From the human T2T-CHM13v2.0 reference genome, Homo sapiens: a DNA stretch of 64,000 nt. Positions 12,561 through 26,974 of this stretch are shown one piece after another (the first letter of the stretch is position 1; each line of letters begins with the position of its first letter). The notes below the pieces were generated by a model. That model saw only the letters and a list, made by a program, of their open reading frames with translations, searched no databases and was not told the DNA's origin. The stretch lies in NCBI RefSeq assembly GCF_009914755.1, contig NC_060933.1. One strand, written 5' to 3'. A program made the translations under genes and the position numbers.

Positions 12561-13962
12561 AAAGGAATGGAATGGAATGGAATGGAATGGAATGGAATGG
12601 AATGGAATCAACGCGAGTGCAGGAGAATGGAATGGAATCGAATGGAATGGAATGGAATGGAATCAACCCGAGTGCAGGGGAATGTAATGGAACGGAATGC
12701 AATGGAAAGGAATCATCCGGAATGGAATGGAATGGAATGGAATGGAATGGAATGCCTTTAAACCGAATGGAATGGAAAGGAATGGAATCAACACGAGTGG
12801 AATGGAATGGAATGGAATGGAATGGAATGGAATGGAATGATACGGAATAGAATGGAATGGAACGAAATGGAATGGAATGGAATGTAATGTAAGGGAATGG
12901 AATGGAATGGAATCGTTCCGAGTGGAATAGGAGGGAATGTATTCGAGTGGAATGGAAAGGAATGGTATCAACCAGAGTGGAATGGAAGGGAATGGAATGG
13001 AATGGAAACTAATAGAATGGAATCAACCCGAGTGGAATGCAATGGAAAGCACTGGAATGGAATGGAATGGAATGGAATCAACTCGATTGTAATGGAATGG
13101 AATGGAATGGAATGGAATGGAATGGAATTAACCCGAATACAATGGAATGGAATGGAATGGAACGGAATGGAGTGGAATGGAATGGAATCAACCCGAGTGC
13201 AGGGGAATGGAATGGAATGGAATGCAATGGAATGGAATCATCCGGAATGGAATGGAATGGAATGGAATGCAAAGCAATGGAACCAACTCGATTGCAATGG
13301 AATGGAATGGAATGGAAAGGAATACATTGGAATCAACCCGAGTGGAATGGAATTGAAAGGACTGGAATGGAGTGGAATGGAATGGAATGGAATGGAATGG
13401 AATCAACTCGATTGGAATGGAATGGAATGGAATGGAATGGAATTAACCCGAATAGAATGGAATAGAATGGAATGGAACGGAACGGAATGCAATGGAATGT
13501 AATATAATGGAATAGAATGGAATGGAATCAACCCGACTGCAGGGTAATGGAATGGAATGGAATGCAATGGAATGGATTCAACTTGAATGGAATGGAAAGA
13601 ATGGAATCAACACGAGTGGAATGGCATGGATTGGAATGGAATGGAATGGAATCAACCCGAGTACAGGGGAATGGAATGGAATGGAATGCAATGGAATGGA
13701 ATCATCCGTAATGGAATGGAAAGGAATGGAATGGAATGGAATAGAATGGAATGGAATCAACTCGATTGCAATCGAATGGAATGGAATGGAATTAACCCGA
13801 ATAGAATGGAATGGAATGGAATGGAACGGAACGGAACGGAATGGAATGGATTGGAATGGAATGGAATGGAATGGAATGGAACGGAAAGGAATGGAATGGA
13901 ATGGAATGGAATGGAATCAACGCGAGAGCAGGGGAATGGAATGGAGTGGAATGCAATGGAAT

Positions 13963-14057
13963 GGAATCTTCCGGAATGGAATGGAATGGAATGGAATCAA
14001 CGCGAGAGCAGGGGAATGGAATGGAATGGAATGCAATGGAATGGAATCTTCCGGAAT
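13963..14057. promoter_or_regulatory. Pair of perfect heat shock elements 80 bp apart
   Basis: GGAATCTTCCGGAAT at 13963 and 14043, inside an 80-bp tandem duplication. Confidence 0.55.
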
Positions 14058-16434
14058 GGAATGGAATGGAATGGAATGGAATCAACCCGAGTGCAATGGA
14101 ATGGAGTGGAATGGAATGGAATGGAAGGGAACAACCCGAAAGGAATCGAATGTAATGAAGAGTAAGGGAGTTGAATAGAATCAATCCGAATGTAATGGAA
14201 TGGAATGGAACGGAATGGAATTGAATGGAATGGAATGGAATGCAATGGAATGGAATCAACCCGAGTGCAATGGAATGGAGAGGAATGGAATGGAATGGAA
14301 TGGAAACTACCCGAATGGAATGGAATGTAATGGAGTGTAAGGGAATTGAATAGAATCAATCCGAATGTAATGGAATGGAATGGAACGGAACGGAATGGAA
14401 TGGAATGGAATGGAATGGAATGGAATGGAATGCAATGCAATGGAATGGAATCAACCCGAGTACAATGGAATGGAATGGAATGGAATGGAATGGAATGGAA
14501 TGCCTTCAAACCGAATGGAATGGAAAGGAATGGAATCAACACGAGTGGAATGGAATGGAATGGAATGGAATGGAATGGAATGGAATGGAATGGAATGATA
14601 CGGAATAGAATGGAATGGAACGAAATGGAATGGAATGGAATGGAATGGAATGGAATGGAATGGAATCGTTCCGAGTGGAATAGGAGGGAATGTATTCGAG
14701 TGGAATGGAAAGGAATGGAATCAACCAGAGTGGAATGGAAGGGAATGGAATGGAATGGAAACTAATAGAATGGAATCAACCCGAGTGGAATGGAATGGAA
14801 AAGACTGGAATGGAAATGAATGGAATGGAATGGAATGGAATGCAATGGAATGGAATGGAATGGAATGGAATCAACGCGAGTGCAGGGGAATGGAATGGAA
14901 TCGAATGGAATGGAATGGAATGGAATGGAATCAACCCGAGTGCAGGGGAATGTAATGGAACGGAATGCAATGGAATGGAATCATCCGGAACGGAATGGAA
15001 TGGAATGGAATGGAATCAACCCGAGTGCAATGGAATGGAGTGGAATGGAATGGAATGGAATGGAACAACCCGAATGGAATGGAATGTAATGGAGAGTAAG
15101 GGAGTTGAAAAGAATCAATCCGAATGTAATGGAATGGAATGGAACGGAATGGAATGGAATGGAATGGAATGGAATGGAATGCAATGGAATGGAATCAACC
15201 CGAGTACAATGGAATGGAATGGAATGGAATGGAATGGAATGGAATGGAATGGAATGGAATGATACGGAATAGAATGGAATGGAACGAAATGGAATGGAAT
15301 GGAATGGAATGGAATGGAATGGAATGGAATGGAATCGTTCCGAGTGGAATAGGAGGGAATGTATTCGAGTGGAATGGAAAGGAATGGAATCAACCAGAGT
15401 GGAATGGAAGGGAATGGAATGGAATGGAAACTAATAGAATGGAATCAACCCGAGAGAAATAGAATGTAAAGGACTGGAATGGAATGGAATGGAATGGAAT
15501 CAACTCGATTGTAATGGAATGGAATGGAATGGAATGGAATGGAATGGAATTAACCCGAATACAATGCAATGGAATGGAATGGAACGGAATGGAGTGGAAT
15601 GGAATGGAATCAACCCGAGTGCAGGGGAATGGAATGGAATGGAATGCAATGGAATGGAATCATCCGGAATGGAATGGAATGGAATGGAATGCAAAGCAAT
15701 GGAATCAACTCGATTGCAATGGAATGGAATGGAATGGAAAGGAATACATTGGAATCAACCCGAGTGGAATGGAATGGAAAGGACTGGAATGGAGTGGAAT
15801 GGAATGGAATGGAATGGAATGGAATCAACTCGATTGGAATGGAATGGAATGGAATGGAATGTAATGAAATGGAATTAACCCGAATAGAATGGAATGGAAT
15901 GGAATGGAACGGAACGGAACGGAATGGAATGGAATGGAATGGAATGGAATGGAATGGAAACAACCCGACTGCAGGGGAATGGAATGGAATGGAATGCAAT
16001 GGAATGGATTCAACTTGAATGGAATGGAAAGAATGGAATCAACACGAGTGGAATGGCATGGATTGGAATGGAATGGAATGGAATCAACCCGAGTACAGGG
16101 GAATGGAATGGAATGGAATGCAATGGAATGGAATCATCCGTAATGGAATGGAAAGGAATGGAATGGAATGGAATGGAATGGAATGGAATGGAATGGAATC
16201 AACTCGATTGCAATCGAATGGAATGGAATGGAATTAACCCGAATAGAATGGAATGGAATGGAATGGAACGGAACGGAACGGAACGGAATGGATTGGAATG
16301 GAATGGAATGGAATGGAATTGAATGGAATGGAACGGAAAGGAATGGAATGGAATGGAATGGAATGGAATGGAATGGAATGGAATGGAATCAACGCGAGTG
16401 CACGGGAATGGAATGGAATGGAATGCAATGGAAT

Positions 16435-19400
16435 GGAATCTTCCGGAATGGAATGGAATGGAATGGAATGGAATGGAATGCAATGGAATAAACCCGAGTG
16501 CAATGGAATGGAGTGGAATGGAATGGAATGGAATGGAACAATCCGAATGGAATGGAATGTAATGGAGAGTAAGGGAGTTGAATAGAATAAATCCGAATGT
16601 AATGGAATGGAATGGAACGGAATGGAATTGAATGGAATGGAATGGAATGCAATGGAATGGAATCAACCCGAGTTCAATGGAATAGAGAGGAATGGAATGG
16701 AATGGAATGGAAACTACCCGAATGGAATGGAATGTAATGGAGTGTAAGGGAATTGAATAGAATCAATCCGAATGTAATGGAATGGAATGGAAAGGAATGG
16801 AATGGAATGGAATGGAATGGAATGGAATGGAATGGAATGGAATGCAATGGAATGGAATCAACCCGAATGCAACCGAATGGAATCGAATGGAATGGAATGC
16901 AATGGAATGGATTCAACTTGAATGGAATGGAAAGAATGGAATCAACACGAGTGGAATTGCATGGATTGGAATGGAATGGAATGGAATCAACCCGAGTACA
17001 GGGCAATGGAATGGAATGGAATGCAATGGAATGGAATCATCCGTAATGGAATGGAAAGGAATGGAATGGAATGGAATGGAATGGAATGGAATGGAATGGA
17101 ATCAACTCGATTGCTATCGAATGGAATGGAATGGAATTAACCCGAATAGAATGGAGTGGAATGGAATGGAACGGAACGGAATGGCATGGAATGGAATGGA
17201 ATGGAACGGAAAGGAAGGGATTGGAATGGAATATAATGGAATGGAATCAACTCGATTGCAATGGAATGGAATGGAATGGAATTAACCCGAATAGAATGGA
17301 ATGGAATGGAATGGAACGGAACGGAACGGAATGGAATGGATTGGAATGGAATGGAATGGAATGGAATGGAACAGAAAGGAATGGAATGGAATGGAATGGA
17401 GTGGAATGGAATGGAATGGAATGGAATCAACGCGAGTGCAGGCGAATGGAATGGAATGGAATGCAATGGAATGGAATCTTCCGGAATGGAATGGAATGGA
17501 ATGGAATGGAATGGAATGGAATGGAATGGAATGGAATGCAATGGAATGGAATCAACCCGAGTACAATGGAATGGAATGGAATGGAATGGAATGGAATGGA
17601 ATGGAATGGAATGATACGGAATAGAATGGAATGGAACGAAATGGAATGGAATGGAATGGAATGGAATGGAATGGAATGGAATCGTTCCGAGTGGAATAGG
17701 AGGGAATGTATTCGAGTGGAATGGAAAGGAATGGAATCAACCAGAGTGGAATGGAAGGCAATAGAATGGAATGGAAACTAATAGAATGGAATCAACCCGA
17801 GTGGAATGGAATGGAAAGGAATGGAATGGAATGGAATGGAATGGAATCAACTCGATTGTAATGGAATGGAATGGAATGGAATGGAATGGAATGGAATGGA
17901 ATGGAATCAACCCGAGTGCAATGGAATGGAGTGGAATGGAATGGAATGGAATGGAACAACCTGAATGGAATGGAATGGAATGGAGAGTAAGGGAGTTGAA
18001 TAGAATCAATCCGCATGTAATGGAATTGAATGGAACGGAATGGAATTGAATGGAATGGAATGGAATGCAATGGAATGGAATCAACCCGAGTGCAATGGAA
18101 TGGAGAGGAATGGAATGGAATGGAATGGAAACTACCCGAATGGAATGGAATGTAATGCAGTGTAAGGGAATTGAATAGAATCAATCCGAATGTAATGGAA
18201 TGGAATGTAATGGAATGGAATGGAATGGAATGGAATGGAATGGAATTGAATGGAATGGAATGCAATGGAATGGAATCAACCCGAGTGCAATCGAATGGAA
18301 TCAAATTGAATGGAATGCAATGGAATGGATTCAACTTGAATGGAATGGAAAGAATGGAATCAACACGAGTGGAATGGCATGGATTGGAATGGAATGGAAT
18401 GGAATCAACCCGAGTACAGGGGAATGGAATGGAATGGAATGCAATGGAATGGAATCATCCGTAATGGAATGGAAAGGAATGGAATGGAATGGAATGGAAT
18501 GGAATGGAATGGAATGGAATGGAATGGAATCAACTCGATTGCAATCGAATGGAATGGAATGGAATTAACCCGAATAGAATGGAATGGAATGGAATGGAAC
18601 GGAACGGAATGGAATGGAATGGAATGGAATGGAATGGAATGCAATGGAATGGAATGGAATGGAATGGAATGGAATGGAATGGAATGGTATGGAATGGAAT
18701 GGAATGGTACGGAATAGAATGGAATCCAACGAATTGTAATGGAATGGAATTGAATGGAATGGAATGGAATGGAATGAACGCGAGTGCAGGGGAATGTAAT
18801 GGAACGGAATGCAATGGAATGGAATCATCTGGAATGGAATGGAATGGAATGGAATGCAATCAACCCTAGTGCAATGGAATGGAGTGGAATGGAATGGTAT
18901 GGAATGGAACAACCCGTATGGAATGGAATGTAATGGAGAGTAAGGGCTTTGAATAGAATCAATCCGAATGTAATGGAATGGAATGCAAGGGAATGGAATG
19001 GAATGGAATGGAATGGAATGGAATGCAATGGAATGGAATCAACCCGAGTACAACGGAATGGAATGGAATGCAATGGAATGGAATGCCTTCAAACCGAATG
19101 GAATGGAAAGGAATGGAATCAACACGAGTGGAATGGAATGGAATGGAATGGAACGGAATGGAATGGAATGATATGGAATAGAATGGAATGGAACGAAATG
19201 GAATGGAATGGAATGGAATGGAATGGAATGGAATCGTTCCGAGTGGAATAGGAGGGAATGTATTCGAGTGGAATGGAAAGGAATGGAATCAACCAGAGTG
19301 GAATGGAAGGGAATGGAATGGAATGGAAACTAATAGAATGGAATCAACCCGAGTGGAATGGAATGGAAAGGACTGGAATGGAATGGAATGGAATTGAATG

Positions 19401-21181
19401 GAATGGAATCAACTCGATTGTAATGGAATGGAATGGAATGGAATGGAATGGAATGGAATTAACCCGAATACAATGGAACGGAATGGAATGGAACGGAATG
19501 GAGTGGAATGGAATGGAATCAACCCGAGTACAGGGGAATGGAATGGAATAGAATGCAATGGAATGGAATCATCCGGAATGGAATGGAATGGAATGGAATG
19601 CAAAGCAATGGAATCAACTCGATTGCAATGGAATGGAATGGAATGGAAAGGAATACATTGGAATCAACCCGAGTGGAATGGAATGGAAAGGACTGGAATG
19701 GAGTGGAATGGAATGGAATGGAATGGAATGGAATCAACTCGATTGGAATGGAATGGAATGGAATGGAATGGAATGGAATTAACCCGAATAGAATGGAATG
19801 GAATGGAATGGAACGGAACGGAATGGAATGGAATGGAATGGAATGGAATGGAATGGAATCAACCCGACTGCAGGGGAATGGAATGGAAGGGAATGCAATG
19901 GAATGGATTCAACTTGAATGGAATGGAAAGAATGGAATCAACACGAGTGGAATGGCATGGATTGGAATGGAATGGAATGGAATCAACCCGAGTACAGGGG
20001 AATGGAATGGAATGGAATGCAATGGAATGGAATCATCCGTAATGGAATGAAAAGGAATGGAATGGAATGGAATGGAATGGAATGGAATGAAATCAACTCG
20101 ATTGCAATCGAATGGAATGGAATGGAATTAACCCGAATAGAATGGAATGGAATGGAATGGAACGGAACGGAACGGAATGGAATGGAATGGAATGGAATGG
20201 AATGGAATGGAATGGAACGGAAAGGAATGGAATGGAATGGAATGGAATGGAATGGAATGGAATGGAATGGAATGGAATCAACGCGAGTGCAGAGGAATGG
20301 AATGGAATGGAATGCAATGGAATGGAATCTTCCGGAATGGAATGGAATGGAATGGAATGAAATGGAATAAACCTGAGTGCAATGGAATGGAGTGGAATGG
20401 AATGGAATGGAATGGAACAAGCCGAATGCAATGGAATGTAATGGAGAGTAAGGGAGTTGAATAGAGTCAATCCGAATGTAATGGAATGGAATGGAACGGA
20501 ATGGAATGGAATGGAATGCAATGGAATGGAATCAACCCGAGTGCAATGGAATGAAGAGGAATGGAATGGAATGGAATGGAAACATCGCGAATGGAATGGA
20601 ATGTAATGGAGTGTAAGGGAATTGAATAGAATCAATCCGAATGTAATGGAATGGAATGGAATGGAATGGAATGGAATGGAATGGAATGGAATGGAATGGA
20701 ATGCAATGGAATGGAATCAACCCGAGTGCAATCGAATGGAATCGAATGGAATGGAATGCAATGGAAAAGATTCAACTTGAATGGAATGGAAAGAATGGAA
20801 TCAACACGAGTGGAAGGGCATGGATTGGAATGCAAAGGAATGGAATCAACCCGATTACAGGGGAATGGAATGGAATGGAATGCAATGGAATGGAATCATC
20901 CGTAATGGAATGGAAAGGAATAGAATGGAATGGAATGGAATGGAATGGAATGGAATCAACACGATTGCAATCGAATGGAATGGAGTGGAATTAACCCGAA
21001 TAGAATGGAATGGAATGGAATGGAACGGAACGGAATGGAATGGAATGGAATGGAATGGAATGGAACAGAACGGAACAGAATGGAATGGAATGGAATGGAA
21101 AGGAATGGAATGGAATGGAATCACCGCGAGTGCAGGGGAATGGCATGGAATGGAATGCAATGGAATGGAATCTTCCGGAAT
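16435..21181. promoter_or_regulatory. Four dispersed perfect heat shock elements (~16435, 17473, 20324, 21167)
   Basis: GGAATCTTCCGGAAT at each position. Confidence 0.45.
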
Positions 21182-21589
21182 GGAATGGAATGGAATGGAA
21201 TGAAATACAATGGATTCAACTCGGTTGCAATGGAATGGAATAGAATGGAATGGAATGGAATGGAATGGGATTAACCCGAATAGAATGGAAAGGAATGGAA
21301 TAAACCTGAGTGGAATCGCATGGAATGGAATGGAATGGAATGGGATGGAATGGAATGGTACGGAATAGAATGGAATGGAAAGTAATGGAATGGAATGGAA
21401 TGGAATCAACCTGAGTGCAATGGAATGGAGTGGAGTGGAATGTAATGGAATGGAAACAACCCGAATGGAATGGAATGTAATGGAGTGTAAGGGAATTGAA
21501 TACAATCAATCCGAATGTAATGGAATGGAATGGAACGGAATGGAATGGAATGGAATGCAGTGGAATGGAATCAAACCTAGTGCAATGGA

Positions 21590-22710
21590 ATGGAATGGAA
21601 TGGAATGGAATGAAATGGAATGGAATGGAATGGAATGGATTGGATCCAACCCAAATGGAATGGAAAGCAATGGAATCAACCCGAGTGGAATGGCATGGAA
21701 TGGAATGGAATGGAATGGAATGGAATGGAATGGTACAGAATAGAATGGAATGGAATGAAATGGAATGGAATGGAATGGAATGGAACGGAATGGAATGGAA
21801 TCAACTCGATTGCAATGGATTGTAATGGAATGGAATGGAATGGAATTAACGTGAATAGAATGGAATGGAATGTAATGGAACGGAATGGAATGGAATGGAA
21901 TGGAATGGAATCAATCTGAGTGCAGGGGAATGGAATGGAATGGAATGCAATGGAATGGAATGGAATAGAATGGAATGCAATGGAATCAACTAGATTGCAA
22001 TGGGATGGAATGGAATGGAATGGAATGGAAGGGAATGGAATGGAATGGAATTAACCTGAACAGAATGGAATGGAATGGAATGGAACGGAATGGAAGGGAA
22101 TGGAATGGAATGGAATTAAGCTGAAGAGAATGGAATGGAATGGAATGGAAAGGAATGGAATGGAATGGAATGAAATGGAATGGAATGGAATGGAATGGAT
22201 TGGATCCAACCCAAATGGAATGGAAAGCAATGGAATCAACCCGAGTAGAATGGCATGGCATGGAATGGAATGGAATGGAATGGAATGGAATGGTACAGAA
22301 TAGAATGGAATGGAATGAAAAGGAATGGAATGGAATGGAATGGAACGGAATGGAATGGAATCAACTCGATTGCAATGGAATGTAATGGAATGGAATGGAA
22401 TGGAATTAACGCGAATAGAATGGAATGGAATGTAATGGAACGGAATGGAATGGAATGGAATGGAATGGAATCAATCTGAGTGCAGGGGAATGGAATGGAA
22501 TGGAATGCAATGGAATGGAATGGAATGGAATGGAATGCAATGGAATCAACTAGATTGCAATGGGATGGAATGGAATGGAATGGAATGGAAGGGAATGGAA
22601 TGGAATGGAATTAACCTGAACAGAATGGAATGGAATGGAATGGAACGGAATGGAAGGGAATGGAATGAAATGGAATTAAGCTGAAGAGAATGGAATGGAA
22701 TGGAATGGAA
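21590..22710 (+). repeat. 560-bp tandem duplication
   Basis: GGATTGGATCCAACCCAAAT at ~21637 and ~22197; TTAAGCTGAAGAG at ~22116 and ~22676. Confidence 0.88.
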
Positions 22711-24299
22711 TGGAATGGAATGGAATGGAATGGAATGCAATGGAATGGGATCAACCCGAGTGCAGGGGAATGGAATGGAATGGAATGCAATGAAATGGAA
22801 TCAATCAACCCGAGTGCAATAGAATGCAGTGGAATGGAATGGAATGGAATGGAAAGTACCCGAATGGAAAGGAATGTAATGGAGTGTAAGGGAATTAAAA
22901 AGAATCAATCCGAATGTAATGGAATGGAAGGGAACGGAATGGAATGGAATGGAATGGAATGGAATGGAATGAAATGGAATGGCATGGAATGGAATGGAAT
23001 CAACCTGAGTTCAATGGAATGGAATGGAATGGAATGGAATGGATTCAACCCGAATGCAATGGAAAGGAATGGAATAAACCCGAGTGAAATGGCATGGAAG
23101 GGAATGGAATGGAATGGAATGGTAAGGAATAGAATGGAATGGAACGAAATGGAATGGAATGGAATGGAATGTAATGGAATGAACCCGTGTGCAATGGAAT
23201 GGAATGGAATGGAATGGAATGGAATGGAATGGGTACAACTAGAATGGAATGGAAAGGAATGGAATCAACCCGAGTGGAATGGCATGGAATGGAATGGAAA
23301 GGAATGGAATGGAATGGAATGGAATGGAATGGAATGGAATGAAATGGAATGGAAGGGAATGGATTGAAATTGAATGGAATGGAATGGAATCAACCCGAGT
23401 GCAATGTAATGGAATTGAATGGAATGGAATGGAATGGAATGGAATGAATTCAACCCGAATGGAATGGAAAGGAATGGAATAAACCCGAGTGGAATGGCAT
23501 GGAATGGATTGGAATGGAATGGAATGGAATACTACGGAAGAGAATGGAATGGAACGAAATGGAATGGAATGGAATGGAATGGAATGGAATGAACACGTGA
23601 GCAATGGAATGGAATCGAATGGAATGGAATGGAATGGAATGGATTCAACTCGAATGGAATGGAAAGGAATGGAATCAACCCGAGTGGAATGGCATGGAAT
23701 GGAATGGAATGGAATGGAATGGAACGGAATGGAATGGAATCAACTCGATTGCAAAGGAATGTAATGGAATGGAATGGAACGGAATTAACGCAAATAGAAT
23801 GGAATGGAAAGGAATGGAAAGGAATGGAATGGAAAGGAATGGAATGGAATCAATCTGAGTGCAGGGGAATGGAATGGAATGGAATGCAATGGAATGGAAT
23901 GGAATGGAATGCAATGGAATCACCTCGATTGCAATGGGATGGAATGGAATGGAATGGAATGGAAGGGAATGGAATGGAATGGAATTAACCTGAACAGAAT
24001 GGAATGGAATGGTATGGAATGGAATGGAATGGAATGGAATGGAATGCAATGGAATGGAATCAATCAACGCGAGTGCAATAGAATGCAGTGGAATGGAATG
24101 GAATGGAATGGAAAGTACCCGAATGGAATGGAATGGAATGGAGTGTAAGGGAATTAAAAAGAATCAATCCGAATGTAATGGAATGGAATTGAAAGGAAAG
24201 GAATGGAATGGAATGGAATGGAATGGAATGGAATGGAATGAAATGGAATGGCATAGAATGGAATGGAATCAACCCGAGCGCAATGGAATGGAATGGAAT

Positions 24300-24700
24300 G
24301 GAATGGAATGGAATGGAATGGAATGGAATGGATTCAACCCGAATGGAATGGAAAGGAATGGAATAAACCCGAGTGAAATGGCATGGAAGGGAATGGAATG
24401 GAATGGAATGGTACGGAGTAGAATGGAATGGAACGAAATGGAATGGAATGGAATGGAATGGAATGAACCCGTGAGCAATGGAATGGAATGGAATGGAATG
24501 GAATGGAATGGAATGGAATGGATTCAACCCGAATGGAATGGAAAGGAATGGAATAAACCCGAGTGAAATGGCATGGAAGGGAATGGAATGGAATGGAATG
24601 GTACGGAGTAGAATGGAATGGAACGAAATGGAATGGAATGGAATGGAATGGAATGGAATGGAATGGAATGGAATGGAATGAACCCGTGAGCAATGGAATG
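24300..24700 (+). repeat. ~190-bp tandem duplication
   Basis: GATTCAACCC...GAGTGAAATGGCATGGAAGG...GTACGGAGTAG...CCCGTGAGC starts at 24331 and again at 24521. Confidence 0.85.
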
Positions 24701-26974
24701 GAATGGAATGGAATGGAATGGAATGGAATGGAATGGAATGGGTTCAATTCGAATGGAATGGAAAGGAATGGAATCAACCCGAGTGCAATGGCATGGAATG
24801 GAATGGAATGGAATGGAATGGAATGGAATGGAATGGAATGGATTCAACCCAAATGGAATGGAAAGGAATGGAATAAACCCGAGTGGAATGGCATGGAATG
24901 GAGTGGAATGGAATGGAATGGAATGGAATGGAATGGAATGGAATTAACCCTAATAGAATGGAATGGAATGGAATGGAATGGAATAGAAGGGAATGGAATG
25001 GAATGGAATGGAATGGAATTAACCCGAATAGAATGGAATGGAATGGAATGGAATGGAATGGAATGGAATGGAATCAACTCGATTTCAATGGAATGGAATG
25101 GAATGGAATGGAATGGAAGGGAATGGAATGGAATGGAATGAAATTAACCCGAATAGAATGGAATGGAATGGAATGGAATGGAATGGAATGGAATAGAATG
25201 TAATCCAACCGAGTGCAGGGGAATGGAATGGAATGGAATGCAATGGAATGGAATCATACGGAATGGAATGGAATGGAATGGAATGCAATGGAATGGAATG
25301 GAATCAACCCGATTGCAATGGAATGGAGTGGAATGGAATGGAATGGAATGGAAACAACCCGAATGGAATGGAATGGAAAGGAATCGAATGGAATCAACCT
25401 GAGTGCAGGGGAATGGAATGGAATGGAATGCAATGGAATGTAATGGAATGGAATGCAATGGAATCAACCCGAGTGCAATGTAATGGAATCGAATGGAATG
25501 GAATGGAATGGAATGGATTCAACCCGAATGGAATGGAAAGGAATGGAATAAACCCGAGTGGAATGGCATAGAGTGGAGTGGAATGGAATGGAATGGAATA
25601 GAATGGAATGGTACGGAATAGAATGGAATGGAACGAAATGGAATATAATGGAATGGAATGGAATGGAATCGAATGGAATGGAATGGAATCAACCCGATTG
25701 CAATGGAATGGAGTGGAATGGAATGGAATGGAATGGAAACAACCCGAATGGAATGGAATGTAATGGAGAGTAAGGGAATTGAATAGAATCAATACGAATG
25801 TAATGGAATGGAATGGAACGGAATGGAATGCAATGGAATGGAATGGAATGCAATGGAATGGGATCAACCCGAGTGAAATGGAATGGAATCGAAAGGAATG
25901 GAATGGAATGGAATGGTTTCAACCCGAATGGAATGGAAAGGAATGGAATCAACCCGAGTGGAATGGAATGGAATGGAATGAAATGGAATGGAATGGAATG
26001 GGTTCAACTAGAATGGAATGGAAAGGAATGGAATCAACCCGAGTGGAATGGCATGGAATGGAATGGAATGGAATGGAATGGAAAGCAATGGAATGAAATG
26101 GAATGGAAGGGAATGGATTGAAATGGAATGGAATGGAATGGAATCAACCCGAGTGCAATGTAATGGAATTGAATGGAATGGAATGGAATGCAATGGAATG
26201 AATTCAACCCGAATGGAATGGAAAGGAATGGAATAAACCCGAGTGGAATGGCATGGAATGGAGTGGAATGGAATGGAATGGAATACTACGGAAGAGAATG
26301 GAATGGAACGAAATGGAATGGAATGGAATGGAATGGAATGGAATGGAATGAACAAGTGAGCAATTGAATGGAATCGAATGGAATAGAATGGAATGGAATG
26401 GATTCAACTCGAATGGAATGGAAAGGAATGGAATCAACCCGAGTGGAATGGCATGGAATGGAATGGAATGGAATGGAACGGAATGGAATGGAATCAACTC
26501 GATTGCAAAGGAATGTAATGGAATGGAATGGAACGGAATTAACGCAAATAGAATGGAATGGAAAGGAATGGAACGGAATGGAATGGAAAGAAATGGAATG
26601 GAATCAATCTGAGTGCAGGGGAATGCAATGGAATGGAATGCAATGGAATGGAATGGAATGGAATGCAATGGAATCACCTCGATTGCAATGGGATGGAATG
26701 GAATGGAATGGAATGGAAGGGAATGGAATGGAATGGAATTAACCTGAACAGAATGGAATGGAATGGTATGGAATGGAATGGAATGGAATGGAATGGAATG
26801 CAATGGAATGGAATCAATCAACCCGAGTGCAATAGAATGCAGTGGAATGGAATGGAATGGAATGGAATGGAATGGAATGGAATGGAATGAAATGGAATGG
26901 CAGGGAATGGAATGGAATCAACCCGAGTGCAAAGGAATGGAATGGAATGGAATGGAATGGAATGGATTCAACCC

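Larger units (their letters stand above)
5081..21280 (+). repeat. HSat3 sub-domain, type A
   Basis: The module ATCGTTCCGAGTGGAATAGGAGGGAATGTATTCGAG (or a close variant) occurs at ~5083, 6708, 8022, 11088, 12197, 12412, 12912, 14665, 15334, 17681 and 19233. GCCTTCAAACC, CAACTTGAA and TCTTCCGG words are also present. Confidence 0.75.
21281..25650 (+). repeat. First copy of a ~5.2-kb-offset duplication (partner ~26975-30650)
   Basis: Shared private words GAATCGCATGG, TTAAGCTGAAGAG, ACTACGGAAGAG, AACACGTGAGC, AACGCAAATAG, CCCGAGCGC, TAATCCAACCGAG. ORF pairs 23604/28786 (offset 5182) and 22445/27607 (offset 5162). Confidence 0.88.
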
